Origin: Chitinivibrionales bacterium
Lineage (GTDB): Bacteria; Fibrobacterota; Chitinivibrionia; Chitinivibrionales; JANQEN01
Assembly: GCA_028278335.1 (NCBI GenBank)
Contig: JANQEN010000192.1
Coordinates: 30,881-94,880 of the forward strand
Reading direction: 5' to 3'
Length of the DNA: 64,000 nt
The notes under the pieces were generated by a model, which saw nothing but the letters and a program-made list of their open reading frames with translations, ran no database searches and was not told the DNA's origin. Numbering within the stretch: the first letter of the stretch is position 1; every line of letters begins with the position of its first letter. Below, piece after piece: positions 45,975 to 56,683 of the stretch. Position numbers and translations under genes: made by a program.

Positions 45975-46765
45975 TGAATAATCGCCAGTCAGTTGCTGCT
46001 CGCTTTTCTGCTTCAGCGCATACCTACGACACCTATGCGGACGTACACCATATTGCCGCAGCTAAAGTTGTTGACTTGGTCGGAGATAGAGGTCGCTCGA
46101 AACATATTTTAGAGATCGGTTGCGGTACGGGCATTTTAACAGAAAAGCTTAAAAGAGCATTACCCGATGTTTCGATTACCGCGATTGATATAGCAGAGGC
46201 AATGATAGCAGTGGCTTTAAAAAAAATGGCTTCCATTTCGGGTATTCAATTCCATCAGCAATCTATTGATACACTGTCAAATACTAGCACCTTTGACTTA
46301 ATTATTAGTAGTTCCTCACTTCACTGGATGACACCGTATAAAAGGACTTTTTCAAAAGTAAATTCACTGTTAAAACCAAAAGGACGATTTGTTTTCAGTC
46401 TTATGAAAGAGGGAACACTAAAGGAGCTTCATAATTCCCGGCTTGCTGTTGCACCCGATAAACCAGTACAGGCACCATTACCAAAACCTTCTGCGATAAG
46501 AGAGGCGCTTAAAGATAATGATTTTGACATTTCTAAAGAGTTTGAACAGGAAGTTATGGTTACCTTTCCCAGTACCAGGAAATTGATTGAGGCTTTAAAT
46601 AAACAGGGAGTAACCGGTGGTACCTTTTCTCATTCCGATTCCTTACTTTCTCGATCAGAGCTTAAAAAGCTTTGTGACCATTATGATAATACTTATAAAT
46701 CGAGCTCGGGTGAAGTTTTTGCAACCTATGCACTTATGTATATTTGTGCCCAAAAAAGGACCTAA
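45971..46765 (+). CDS. bioC: Malonyl-ACP O-methyltransferase
   Basis: FSASAHTYD, LEIGCGTG SAM motif, SSLHW and GTLKEL. Confidence 0.88.
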   Translation: MMNNRQSVAARFSASAHTYDTYADVHHIAAAKVVDLVGDRGRSKHILEIGCGTGILTEKLKRALPDVSITAIDIAEAMIAVALKKMASISGIQFHQQSIDTLSNTSTFDLIISSSSLHWMTPYKRTFSKVNSLLKPKGRFVFSLMKEGTLKELHNSRLAVAPDKPVQAPLPKPSAIREALKDNDFDISKEFEQEVMVTFPSTRKLIEALNKQGVTGGTFSHSDSLLSRSELKKLCDHYDNTYKSSSGEVFATYALMYICAQKRT

Positions 46766-46767
46766 CA

Positions 46768-47496
46768 ATGAAAAGCATCTTTGTGACTGGCACCGATACT
46801 GACGCTGGTAAAACAGTGGCCGTTGCAGCGCTACTCTCATATCTTCGTGCAAAGAGTGTGGATGCAATGTCGATGAAGCCAATTCAAACTGGGTGCGAAA
46901 AACAAAATGGACAGTGGATAGTTCCCGATATCGCCTTTGTTCTTAAGGCTGCGGGAATAGAAAAGACTCTAAAGGAACAGGAATTTCTTTGTCCCTTTAC
47001 TTTCGAGCACGCCTGCTCACCTCACCTTGCTGTTTCTCTGGAAAAAAAATCAATTTGTGTTGATACAATATTGGAACGATATAATGTGCTTTCCACTCAA
47101 CATAAAACAATCATTGTGGAAGGTGCGGGAGGAATTTTAGTACCAATCAATAAAAAGGATATGATGCTTGACTTGATGAAAGAGATGAAGCTTCCCGTTG
47201 TTTTAGTAACTCGACCTGGGCTCGGCACCATTAATCATACCTTACTATCCATTAATGAACTTCGCCGTGCCGGATTAACAGTGGCAGGACTCATTTTTTG
47301 CGAAACCGTTGAGCCAGCCCGCAACTATATTGAGCGCGATAACCGAACCATTATATCTGAAATAGGGGAGGTGCCAATCCTTGGTGATATTCCCTACATA
47401 AACAGTATGAACACTTTACTCAGCCAACCAAAAGAGTTTGAAGCATTTAGCAACAAAGCCCTTTCTCCAGCCTACGATATTCTAAAGGAGCTATAA
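46768..47496 (+). CDS. bioD: Dethiobiotin synthase
   Basis: FVTGTDTDAGKT, KPIQTG, VEGAGG and LGTINHTLL; ATG at 46768. Confidence 0.95.
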   Translation: MKSIFVTGTDTDAGKTVAVAALLSYLRAKSVDAMSMKPIQTGCEKQNGQWIVPDIAFVLKAAGIEKTLKEQEFLCPFTFEHACSPHLAVSLEKKSICVDTILERYNVLSTQHKTIIVEGAGGILVPINKKDMMLDLMKEMKLPVVLVTRPGLGTINHTLLSINELRRAGLTVAGLIFCETVEPARNYIERDNRTIISEIGEVPILGDIPYINSMNTLLSQPKEFEAFSNKALSPAYDILKEL

Positions 47497-47498
47497 AT

Positions 47499-48839
47499 AT
47501 GGTCAGCAATTCAAAGGATCTTTTTGCAATAGATAAAAAATATCTTTGGCATCCCTATACCAAATTATCCACTATTCAGTCTCTTCCTCTGCCTATTATT
47601 GAGCGAGCAAGTGGGCTGTATATGTACGATGTAGAAGGCTATCGATATCTAGATGCAATCTCATCATGGTGGTCCTCTAATTTAGGACACTGTCATCCAG
47701 AGCTCATGGGGGCACTTAAAAAACAGGCGGATCTCTTAGAACATAGCATTATTGGTAACCTTTCTCACCCTACGGTGATCCATTTGTCAAAGGAGCTGTG
47801 CCACCTTTTTAATAATTCAGAACGACATGTGATGTATGCCAGTGATGGAGCGAGCGCCATCGAAGCTGCGCTAAAGATGTCAATTCAGTACTGGCATAAT
47901 GTAGGACGTCCTAAGCGTCATAAGTTTGCCACGCTAACCGGCGACTATCACGGTGATACGCTTGGAACCATTTCTGTTGGCTATGTTGAGTCCTTTCACA
48001 AACCCTTTAAGAATGCCCTTGTACCCTCCTTTCAGGCCATGACCCCTTTTTGTCGGAAGTGCCCCTTAGGAAAAGAGGAGAGTACCTGTTCAGTGGAATG
48101 CTTTAGATCGATGGAAGAAATTGTCACCACGCACCAAGAAGAATTGGCCGCCGTAATCGTAGAGCCCCTCTGTCAAGGTGCCTCAGGCATGCGTATTTAC
48201 TCACCAAAATATTTGGTTAAATTGCAGGAGGTTTGTAAAACCTATGGCATCCTGTTAATTATCGATGAGATAGCAATGGGTTTTGGCAGGACCGGTAAGA
48301 TGTTTGCTCATGAACATGCCCATATTGATCCAGATATAGTCTGTGTGGGCAAGGGGCTCTCCGGAGGCACCCTTCCCATTAGTGCGACTATTGCAAAAAA
48401 TGAGATCTTTGAGACCTTTACCGATATTCCTGAGGATAACACCTTTTATCATGGCCACACCTTTGCCGGTAATCCAATTGCTTCTGCAGTGGCTTTGAAG
48501 GTACTTGAAATTTACAAACGAGATAACATTGTTCAACAAGCAGAAGAGCTAGGTCAATTGTTGAAGCAAGAAATCGATCAATTTGAGGGTCTTCCTTCTG
48601 TGGATAACACCCGTTGTCTTGGAATGATTGGTGCGGTTGAGCTCAAGCCTGGAACTGCTCGCTTTGGCAACAAATCAGTGACTCGAGCTGATGCTGTTAG
48701 AACGACACTTCTAAAAAAGGGTGTTTTTATGCGTCCCTTGGGAAATGTATTCTATCTTATGTTGCCCCTTGTTGTTACTAAAGAGGTGCTAGTCGAAAGT
48801 GTGAAGACGTTTTACTCAGTTGTTGAGGAAATTGGCTAG
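47499..48839 (+). CDS. bioA: Adenosylmethionine-8-amino-7-oxononanoate aminotransferase
   Basis: WHPYT, DAISSWW, YHGDT, DEIAMGFGRTG, GKGLSGG and HGHTF motifs. Confidence 0.95.
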   Translation: MVSNSKDLFAIDKKYLWHPYTKLSTIQSLPLPIIERASGLYMYDVEGYRYLDAISSWWSSNLGHCHPELMGALKKQADLLEHSIIGNLSHPTVIHLSKELCHLFNNSERHVMYASDGASAIEAALKMSIQYWHNVGRPKRHKFATLTGDYHGDTLGTISVGYVESFHKPFKNALVPSFQAMTPFCRKCPLGKEESTCSVECFRSMEEIVTTHQEELAAVIVEPLCQGASGMRIYSPKYLVKLQEVCKTYGILLIIDEIAMGFGRTGKMFAHEHAHIDPDIVCVGKGLSGGTLPISATIAKNEIFETFTDIPEDNTFYHGHTFAGNPIASAVALKVLEIYKRDNIVQQAEELGQLLKQEIDQFEGLPSVDNTRCLGMIGAVELKPGTARFGNKSVTRADAVRTTLLKKGVFMRPLGNVFYLMLPLVVTKEVLVESVKTFYSVVEEIG

Positions 48840-49023
48840 CTATAGCAATTTTGCTGAACCTCCATTAATATTAGATAGTTCTGCGATTATAAGAACATTT
48901 TCAGGCCCCTCTGACATTGGTCACCCGATTTTTTATTGCTTATATTATATTTATAGGTTTTAAATGCCTAGTATTTCTAATATATAGAAATACTATATAT
49001 GAGATAATCAAAAAAGCATTGCT

Positions 49024-49707
49024 ATGGTTACACAACTGGATATTCAATTTAAAAAAGTACACGAAGAGATTGAACAGGCTTGTCAGCGAGTTGCGCGTGA
49101 TCCTGGGTCAGTTCGTCTTATTACGGTAACTAAAACATGGCCCGCAGAGGTACTGCAAGCTGTTGTGGATAGCAATCATCCCGACATTGGAGAGAATCGG
49201 GTACAAGAAATTATTGAAAAGGTTCCCAAGCTTTCTGACAATAGAACGATTCATATGATTGGTCACCTCCAGTCGAATAAAGTATCAAAGGTTGTGCCCT
49301 TGGTTGATTGGATTCATTCGATAGATAGTGAAAAATTACTTTCCAAGGTAGACCACTATTGCAAAGTAATAAATAGACGGGTGAAGGTGTTGGTGCAGGT
49401 AAATACCTCCAATGAGACGGCAAAGTCAGGATGTGATCCTGTTGATGCGCCCTCTCTGTGTGAGAAAGCCTCACAGTGTGAGTACGTTGATTTTCGCGGG
49501 TTGATGACTATTGGACCCTGGACTACCAACCTTCAAGCAGTTCGAAACAGCTTTAAACAGCTTAAATCAATTGGAGAATGCTGTCAGCATCTTGTGCAGG
49601 GAAATTTCGAGCTTTCCATGGGCATGAGTGGAGATTTTGCTATGGCTATTGAAGAGGGTGCAACCATGATCCGCGTTGGTTCGCGTATTCTTGGGGAGCG
49701 TTATTAA
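49024..49707 (+). CDS. yggS: Pyridoxal phosphate homeostasis protein (YggS family)
   Basis: VTK, GENRVQE, HMIGHLQSNK, LSMGMSGDF and GATMIRVGS motifs. Confidence 0.93.
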   Translation: MVTQLDIQFKKVHEEIEQACQRVARDPGSVRLITVTKTWPAEVLQAVVDSNHPDIGENRVQEIIEKVPKLSDNRTIHMIGHLQSNKVSKVVPLVDWIHSIDSEKLLSKVDHYCKVINRRVKVLVQVNTSNETAKSGCDPVDAPSLCEKASQCEYVDFRGLMTIGPWTTNLQAVRNSFKQLKSIGECCQHLVQGNFELSMGMSGDFAMAIEEGATMIRVGSRILGERY

Positions 49708-49708
49708 A

Positions 49709-49960
49709 ATGCAACTTTTATTTATCCTTTTAAGAATTTTTGAAGTTATTCTGGTGATTCGAATTGTCATGTCCTGGTTTCGCCCTGACCCAACACATCC
49801 AATTGTCAATTTTATTTATCGGGTGACCGATCCTGTGCTTGAGCCGGTTCGGCGTTTGCTCCCTATCCAGGCAATGGGGTTTGATCTTTCACCAATCGTA
49901 ATTTTTGTAGCTATTAATATGATAAAACGGTTCTTAATTCGTTCAATGTTTCTGTACTAA
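49709..49960 (+). CDS. yggT: YggT family membrane protein
   Basis: RIVMSW...TDPVLEPVRRLLP...DLSPI; ATG at 49709. Confidence 0.9.
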   Translation: MQLLFILLRIFEVILVIRIVMSWFRPDPTHPIVNFIYRVTDPVLEPVRRLLPIQAMGFDLSPIVIFVAINMIKRFLIRSMFLY

Positions 49961-49987
49961 GATGCATAAAGGAAAAGGAGTATTGCC

Positions 49988-50542
49988 ATGCGTATTACCC
50001 CTCTTGATATTAGAAAACAACCCTTTAAAAAGGTCCTCCGCGGCTTTGACAAAGATGCGGTTAATAGCTTTTTAGAGATGGTGGCAAATGAGTATGAGAA
50101 GATTATTAAGCAGAATGATGAATTTGCCACAAAGGTTAAGGTGTTGCAGGGACGTATCGAGGAGTACGAGAAAATTGAGCGTACTTTGAGCGAAACATTG
50201 CTTACTGCACAGCGAGCAACTGACGAAGCCCGTTTAAATGCTCAGAAAGAGGCAGAGCTTATTATTAAAGATGCGCAAATTCGTTCGGATAAATATGAGG
50301 ATCAGAGTAGACAAAATGTTAACAGGTTGGAAGGTGAGCTCAATTCACTCAAGATTCAACGAGATAGTTTTTTAGCCAGGTTTCAATCGATGCTGCGGGA
50401 CCAACTCTCTCTGGTGGAGATTATTTCTGATAGCATCAAGGATGAGAAGAGTAGTGTGAAGACAACAAAGCCTGCTTTTGCAAAAAAGAGCTTTCATCCA
50501 ACAGAAACTATGGACGAGGTGCCCCCACAACCGCTTGTGTAG
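49988..50542 (+). CDS. divIVA: DivIVA family protein
   Basis: ITPLDIRKQPFKKVLRGFDKDAVNSFLE N-domain followed by a coiled coil. Confidence 0.9.
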   Translation: MRITPLDIRKQPFKKVLRGFDKDAVNSFLEMVANEYEKIIKQNDEFATKVKVLQGRIEEYEKIERTLSETLLTAQRATDEARLNAQKEAELIIKDAQIRSDKYEDQSRQNVNRLEGELNSLKIQRDSFLARFQSMLRDQLSLVEIISDSIKDEKSSVKTTKPAFAKKSFHPTETMDEVPPQPLV

Positions 50543-50592
50543 CATAAATGTGAAGAAAATTGTATATACTATAATTGATAAAGGAATCAATA

Positions 50593-51414
50593 ATGCCCCA
50601 AACCTATGAAAGAATTCAAGAAGCAAAAAGTTTTATCGAGGAAAAATACTCCAATTCCATAGATGTCGGAATTATACTCGGCACTGGATTAGGCCGACTT
50701 GTCAATGACATTGCTGTTGATGTAGAAATCCCCTATGAGGTAATTCCTCATTTTCCAGAGGCGACTGTTGAAGCCCATGCTGGGAAGCTTATTCTTGGAA
50801 CACTTTCAGGAAAAACCGTTCTTGCTATGCAGGGACGATATCACTACTATGAGGGGTATTCTATGCAACAGATTGTTTTTCCTGTTCGGGTCATGAAGTT
50901 TCTTGGTATCCACACTCTTATTGTTTCAAATGCAGCGGGTGGTATTAATCCATTGTTTCCTCCTGGAACTATTATGGCCATTACTGACCATATAAATCTA
51001 CTCGGTGATAATCCGTTAATTGGTCCCAATGATAATAGAATCGGTGATCGATATCCTGATATGTCGCAACCATACACAGAAGAGCTGCTGCAAATGGTGA
51101 TTGATTCAGCATTACGAAAGAAGATTCCCCTTGAACGGGGCGTATATGCAGCAATGTCTGGCCCGTGCTTGGAAACTAAAGCAGAGTATCGCATGCTTAA
51201 AACCCTTGGAGCCGATGCCATTGGCATGAGTACCGTTCCAGAGGTGATTGCTGCGGTTCATGCCAACATGAAGGTGCTTGGTCTTTCTGTTATTACCGAT
51301 GCCTGTTTACCCGATGCATTGGAGTCTGTTGATATAAAGAAAATCATCGCCACAGCGAATAAAGCAGAACCAAAATTAGTTACATTAATTAAAGAGGTGT
51401 TAGAACAACTATGA
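50593..51414 (+). CDS. punA: Purine nucleoside phosphorylase (trimeric type)
   Basis: IILGTGLG, QGRYHYYEG, SNAAGG, GPCLET-AE and GMSTVPE; ATG at 50593. Confidence 0.92.
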   Translation: MPQTYERIQEAKSFIEEKYSNSIDVGIILGTGLGRLVNDIAVDVEIPYEVIPHFPEATVEAHAGKLILGTLSGKTVLAMQGRYHYYEGYSMQQIVFPVRVMKFLGIHTLIVSNAAGGINPLFPPGTIMAITDHINLLGDNPLIGPNDNRIGDRYPDMSQPYTEELLQMVIDSALRKKIPLERGVYAAMSGPCLETKAEYRMLKTLGADAIGMSTVPEVIAAVHANMKVLGLSVITDACLPDALESVDIKKIIATANKAEPKLVTLIKEVLEQL

Positions 51415-54400
51415 GCGAACAAAATTTTGCACCCGTAAATACTCAGGTTCGATTTCCCGCTGTTGAAAAGGAAGTGCTTGAATATTGGCAAAAAGAGAAA
51501 GTTTTTGAGCAGAGCTTGAGAGCAACTAAGGATAAAGAGGCTTTTGTTTTTTATGATGGTCCTCCTTTTGCGACTGGGTTACCCCACTATGGACATTTGC
51601 TGGCGGGAACTCTTAAGGATATTATTCCCCGGTATTGGACAATGCGTGGTCACTATGTAGAGCGTCGTTTTGGCTGGGACTGCCATGGTCTTCCTGTTGA
51701 GAATGAAATGGAGAAGGAACTAAAGGTTTCAGGCAAACAGGATATAGAAAAATTGGGGATTGCAATTTTTAATGAAGCCTGTCGTTCTATTGTGCTTCGT
51801 TATACTGAGCAGTGGGAAGAGGTCGTGTTACGTATGGGGCGGTGGGTTGATTTTGTCAATCAATATCGTACTATGGATCCACCCTATATGGAAAGTATTT
51901 GGTGGGTTTTTAAACAGATCTGGGACAAGAAGTTAGTGTATAAAGGATTTTGCGTACAACCCTATTGCCCCCGTTGTGCAACACCACTTTCTAATTTCGA
52001 ACTCAATGAAGGGTATCGTGATGTAAAGGGACCCTCTATTACCGTTACCTTTCCTTTGGTTGATGACCCCAATACACAAATCTTAGTGTGGACAACCACA
52101 CCCTGGACATTGCCCTCCAATGTTTTGCTAGCCGTTGGAGCGGATATTGATTATGTAAAGGTGCGCGATGGGGACATCACCTTTATTATGGCCAAGGATA
52201 GGCTTCCTGTCTACTATAATGATGAGTCAGAGTATGAGCTCGTTGGTACGGTAAAGGGCAAAGACCTTGTTGGACTTCGCTATCAACCTATGTTTGACTA
52301 TTTTGTTGGCAGGGATGAAAAGTTTTTTCAAATAACCGATGGAGATTTTGTCTCCACTGAAGATGGCTCCGGTATTGTTCATATTGCGCCGGCCTTTGGT
52401 GAAGACGACTTTAAAGTTGGTGAGAAAATGGGGATACCCATCATGTGCCCTGTTGATGCTGAAGGTAAATTTACTGAAGAGGTGTCAGATTATCAGGGAC
52501 AATTGGTCTTTGATGCAGACGAACAAATCATAATAGATATAAAAAAAATGGGTCGTTTAATCCATCGTGCAAAAGTCGAGCATCGCTATCCCTTCTGTTA
52601 CCGTTGTGATACGGCACTACTCTATAAAGCAATCGATGCCTGGTTTGTAAAGATTGATCCACTAAAGCCGAATATGCTGGAAAATAACCAGAGAATACAC
52701 TGGGTGCCAGATCATTTAAAAGAGGGACGCTTTGGTAAGGCCTTAGAGACGGCACCAGATTGGAACATCTCTCGTAATCGCTATTGGGGAACCCCCATTC
52801 CAATTTGGACTTGCCAGTGCGGTCATGAAGAGTGTGTGGGAAGTCTTGAACAGTTACATGCCTTAGCAGGTAAGGGAGATCCTGCAGCAGGTACCACTCA
52901 ACACACAAAGACTGTGGAGGAGGTGGTTGCCTTTATTGCACAAGAGGCACCAAAAAAATTAAAAGAGGTCGGTGCTGATCCTTCCTGGGTTAAAAAGATT
53001 TGCAGTACCGAAATAGACAAACGGGATATTCACCGTCATATAGTTGATCGGCTGACGCTCTATTGTCCTCAATGTAGTGAACCCATGACCCGCATTGCAG
53101 AGGTGCTTGATTGCTGGTTTGAATCAGGATCTATGCCCTATGCACAAAACCATTATCCCTTTGAAAACAAAGAAGTCTTTGAGAAGAGCTTTCCAGCTGA
53201 TTTTATTGCCGAAGGGTTGGATCAAACCAGAGGTTGGTTCAACAAGCTCACGGTTTTGGCATCGGCACTCTTTGAAAAGGAAGCCTTTAAAAATGTTATT
53301 GTAAATGGAATCATTCTTGCTGAAGATGGTAAAAAGCTTTCAAAACGGCTTAAAAATTATACACCCACCGAGGAGGTGTTGGACAAACTTGGTTCCGATG
53401 CCCTACGCCTTTTTCTTATAAACTCGCCTGCTGTAAAGGCCGAGGACTTGCGGTTTAGCGACAAAGGCGTCATGGAGATGGCTCGATCGATTCTTCTTCC
53501 CTTTTGGCACTCTTACTCCTTTTTTGTTACCTATGCCAATGTGGATGGATGGAAACCGGATGGGATCAAAACCCCATCAAGTCCCAACGAGCTTGATCAG
53601 TGGATCATTTCCCTGTTGAATCATGTTGTTGCATCGGTAAACAAAGAGATGGAAGAGTATTACCTGTACCAGGTGGTCCCGCTCCTTGTTGACTTTATAG
53701 AAAACCTTACTAATTGGTATATCCGTCGCAGTAGACGCCGTTTTTGGAAAAGTGAAAATGACAGCGATAAACAGTATGCTTATGAAACATTATACTATGT
53801 GTTGGTGACCTTCTCCCGGGTCATGTGTCCCTTTTTGCCCTTTTTAACAGAAGCTATTTATCGCAATCTCGTTGGTAGTGTTGATAAAGCTGCCCTGGAA
53901 AGTGTTCATTTGACTGCCTATCCTCAAGCTGATCAGAGCTTGGTCAATTTGGAGATGGAGACCAGGATGTTCTTAGTTCGCCAGGTTGTAAGTATGGGGC
54001 GGGTGTTAAGAAGCAAATATAATATCAAAAACAGACAACCGCTTTCAGAGCTTACCGTTGTGATCAGAGATGAACACAAACGTGGATTAGTACAGATGAT
54101 GGATCAGCTAATCATCGAAGAGCTCAATGTAAAGAAGGTAGTTTTGGACAGTAACGAGGACTCCTTGGTTGAGATCTCAGCAAAGCCAAATTTTAGGAAT
54201 CTTGGTAAGGTGTTTGGGCCTCAAATGAAGGAAGCTTCAAAGGAGATCGAGGCCTTGAAAAAAGAGCAGATACGTGATTTAGAGGCCGGTGGATCAATTA
54301 CAATCTTAGACAAGCCAATTACATTTGAAGATATTGAACTCCGCCGCACCAAACATGAGGGTATCGAGGTTGAGACCGAGGGTGAGGTTACTGTAGCACT

Positions 54401-54689
54401 CAATACAGAAATTAGTGAAGAGTTGCGAAATGAAGGTCATGCCCGTGAATTCATCAATAGAATTCAGAACCTTCGCAAAAGCCAAGACTTTAATGTAACC
54501 GATAGAATTGTGATTGTTTGCGATTGTGATGATCAGTTCAAAAAGGCACTCGCCCAATTTGAGCACTATATCTGCAATGAAACATTGGCAACCTCGCTTG
54601 TCTGGGAAAAACCTGATGCGAGCAATGCGGGTGAGCAAGCAGATATTCATGGTTTCCCTGTGGCCATTGCCATTAAGCAAGATAGTTAG
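51411..54689 (+). CDS. ileS: Isoleucine--tRNA ligase, type 2
   Basis: DGPPFATGLPHYGH, GWDCHGLP, WTTTPWTL, EGLDQTRGWF and KLSKR; long type-2 C-terminus. Confidence 0.97.
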   Translation: MSEQNFAPVNTQVRFPAVEKEVLEYWQKEKVFEQSLRATKDKEAFVFYDGPPFATGLPHYGHLLAGTLKDIIPRYWTMRGHYVERRFGWDCHGLPVENEMEKELKVSGKQDIEKLGIAIFNEACRSIVLRYTEQWEEVVLRMGRWVDFVNQYRTMDPPYMESIWWVFKQIWDKKLVYKGFCVQPYCPRCATPLSNFELNEGYRDVKGPSITVTFPLVDDPNTQILVWTTTPWTLPSNVLLAVGADIDYVKVRDGDITFIMAKDRLPVYYNDESEYELVGTVKGKDLVGLRYQPMFDYFVGRDEKFFQITDGDFVSTEDGSGIVHIAPAFGEDDFKVGEKMGIPIMCPVDAEGKFTEEVSDYQGQLVFDADEQIIIDIKKMGRLIHRAKVEHRYPFCYRCDTALLYKAIDAWFVKIDPLKPNMLENNQRIHWVPDHLKEGRFGKALETAPDWNISRNRYWGTPIPIWTCQCGHEECVGSLEQLHALAGKGDPAAGTTQHTKTVEEVVAFIAQEAPKKLKEVGADPSWVKKICSTEIDKRDIHRHIVDRLTLYCPQCSEPMTRIAEVLDCWFESGSMPYAQNHYPFENKEVFEKSFPADFIAEGLDQTRGWFNKLTVLASALFEKEAFKNVIVNGIILAEDGKKLSKRLKNYTPTEEVLDKLGSDALRLFLINSPAVKAEDLRFSDKGVMEMARSILLPFWHSYSFFVTYANVDGWKPDGIKTPSSPNELDQWIISLLNHVVASVNKEMEEYYLYQVVPLLVDFIENLTNWYIRRSRRRFWKSENDSDKQYAYETLYYVLVTFSRVMCPFLPFLTEAIYRNLVGSVDKAALESVHLTAYPQADQSLVNLEMETRMFLVRQVVSMGRVLRSKYNIKNRQPLSELTVVIRDEHKRGLVQMMDQLIIEELNVKKVVLDSNEDSLVEISAKPNFRNLGKVFGPQMKEASKEIEALKKEQIRDLEAGGSITILDKPITFEDIELRRTKHEGIEVETEGEVTVALNTEISEELRNEGHAREFINRIQNLRKSQDFNVTDRIVIVCDCDDQFKKALAQFEHYICNETLATSLVWEKPDASNAGEQADIHGFPVAIAIKQDS

Positions 54690-54692
54690 TGA

Positions 54693-55637
54693 ATGGCCAA
54701 GTCATTTCTAAAGAAACGACGAAATGACCTGATCTACATTGTTATCCGGGCTCTGCTGTTATTTTTAAAAATATTGCCGCGTAGCCCGGGACTTGCACTA
54801 TTCGGGTGTGTAGGGCGATTATTCTTTAATGTTCCAACGGTTGAGAGAAGAAGAACGTTTTTACACCTTCAAAAAATATTCTCCTCTTCCTGGTCCACAG
54901 AAACTATTGAGAAAACAGCAAAGGCTGTGTATTACAATCTTGGAAAAAACCTTTATGATTCTCTGTATTTAACAAGTTGTAATAATCGTCGATTTTTTTC
55001 GATTGTAAAAACCAATGATCAAAATCCTATTTTAGAGTCTTACCATAGGGGCGATGGCGTTATTGCACTGACAGGCCATTTAGGGTGCTTTGAAATGACC
55101 GTCCATGCCTTGGCCAGGCAGGGTATACAGTGTGTAACCATTGGTCAGCAGCTGTATGATAAACGAGTTGATACGCTTATTAATACTTTTAGGACTAAGA
55201 ATAATATCACCTATCTCCATAGAGATGGCAGTGGAAGAGAGATTATTCGGCTGTTAAAAAGGGGTTATTTGTTTGGAGCTTTGGTTGATCAAGATACCAA
55301 TATCGAGGGGGTGTTCACCGATTTTTTAGGGCATCCTGCCTATACGCCCAGTAGCCCGATTCGTATTGCAATGCGTTTTACTATCCCACTCTATGTGGCA
55401 ATTACTAAAAGAAATCCCGACGAAAGTCATGACTTTATTTTGCATGGTCCATTGGAGATGGATGATACTGGTGACTTCACTCGTGACCTTGTAATCAATA
55501 CACAAAAAGTGAGTGACCTATTAAGCGAGGGTATTATTAATACACCCGAGCAGTGGGTCTGGATGCACAGGCGATGGCGTAGAAGCCCTGATGATCCATC
55601 AAATAAGAGTATTCCTTCAATTTATTCATATCGATAA
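54693..55637 (+). CDS. Lipid A biosynthesis acyltransferase (LpxL/HtrB family)
   Basis: TGHLGCFE, LVDQD and PEQWVWMHRRWR motifs. Confidence 0.88.
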   Translation: MAKSFLKKRRNDLIYIVIRALLLFLKILPRSPGLALFGCVGRLFFNVPTVERRRTFLHLQKIFSSSWSTETIEKTAKAVYYNLGKNLYDSLYLTSCNNRRFFSIVKTNDQNPILESYHRGDGVIALTGHLGCFEMTVHALARQGIQCVTIGQQLYDKRVDTLINTFRTKNNITYLHRDGSGREIIRLLKRGYLFGALVDQDTNIEGVFTDFLGHPAYTPSSPIRIAMRFTIPLYVAITKRNPDESHDFILHGPLEMDDTGDFTRDLVINTQKVSDLLSEGIINTPEQWVWMHRRWRRSPDDPSNKSIPSIYSYR

Positions 55638-55762
55638 CATATCATTGTAAAAGATGAGTCTCAAATTTGCGTGAATTTAGCGGTTTATATATTTTTGTCT
55701 GATTGGCTTTTTATTTAAATAATATGATATTTTGTGGCCTTCCCTTTTTACATGGATGAAGT

Positions 55763-56638
55763 ATGCCAATTTATAGTATGACCGGTTTTGGTCAGGCAGA
55801 AATTTCAATGCCCTCTGGAATTTATCGGGTAGAAATCAGTAGCGTCAATAACCGGTACCTCAATTTTCAGATTCGGCTTCCCCGTACTTTTGCCTGTATG
55901 GAGCAAAAGGTTAAAAAGTTTTTAACGAGTAAGATTAACCGAGGAAGTGTTTCTGTTGTTATAAATTGGTCGAAAGAGGATACCGGCAATACGTTGTCAT
56001 GGAATCGTAATATTGTTAAAAACTATGTGTCCATCTTAAAAGAAATTAAAAAAGAGCACGGATTAAAGGATGATGTGTCACTTTCTCATCTCCTTAATTT
56101 TAGCGATATTGTTGAGGAAGAGAATGCAGCTCTTACAGAGGAGACCCTTTGGAAGCATTTAAAAAAGGTGTTGCAGACCGCTCTTATGGATTTTATGGTT
56201 CAGCGGGAAAAGGAAGCAACCTATCTTATTAATGAGATAAAGAAGATTGTTCGCTCCATATCTCGAACTGTAAAAAAAATTGAGAAACGGGCTCCACTTC
56301 GAATAAAACGATATCGTGTGGAACTCGAAAAGAAATTAGAGCAGCTGATCAACAAGTCAATGGAACCCTCGCGCCTTGCTATAGAAGTGGCCCTTATGGC
56401 GGATAGACTTGACATAACCGAAGAGTGTACCCGCCTTCATGCTTATATCGAAAAGATGGATGCCGATCTCAATAGCAACGAGCCCATTGGAAAGCGATTA
56501 GGCTTTATTCTTCAAGAGATGAATCGGGAGGCTAACACCATAGGGTCAAAGGCTAATGATACCAAGATCTCATTTTGGAGTGTTGAGCTTAAGGAAAATA
56601 TTGAAAAAATACGGGAACAGGTGTTAAATATAGAATAA
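55763..56638 (+). CDS. yicC: YicC/YloC family endoribonuclease
   Basis: SMTGFG, SVNNRY, DITEEC-RL and QEMNREANTIGSK motifs. Confidence 0.93.
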   Translation: MPIYSMTGFGQAEISMPSGIYRVEISSVNNRYLNFQIRLPRTFACMEQKVKKFLTSKINRGSVSVVINWSKEDTGNTLSWNRNIVKNYVSILKEIKKEHGLKDDVSLSHLLNFSDIVEEENAALTEETLWKHLKKVLQTALMDFMVQREKEATYLINEIKKIVRSISRTVKKIEKRAPLRIKRYRVELEKKLEQLINKSMEPSRLAIEVALMADRLDITEECTRLHAYIEKMDADLNSNEPIGKRLGFILQEMNREANTIGSKANDTKISFWSVELKENIEKIREQVLNIE

Positions 56639-56683
56639 TCTGAAAATAATCGATTTTTATACAATAAAAAGCAGGAGTAAACT

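Noticed and set aside
49988-50542. DivIVA in a lipid A-producing bacterium as a novelty
   Set aside because: yggS-yggT-divIVA clusters are already known in several diderm phyla.
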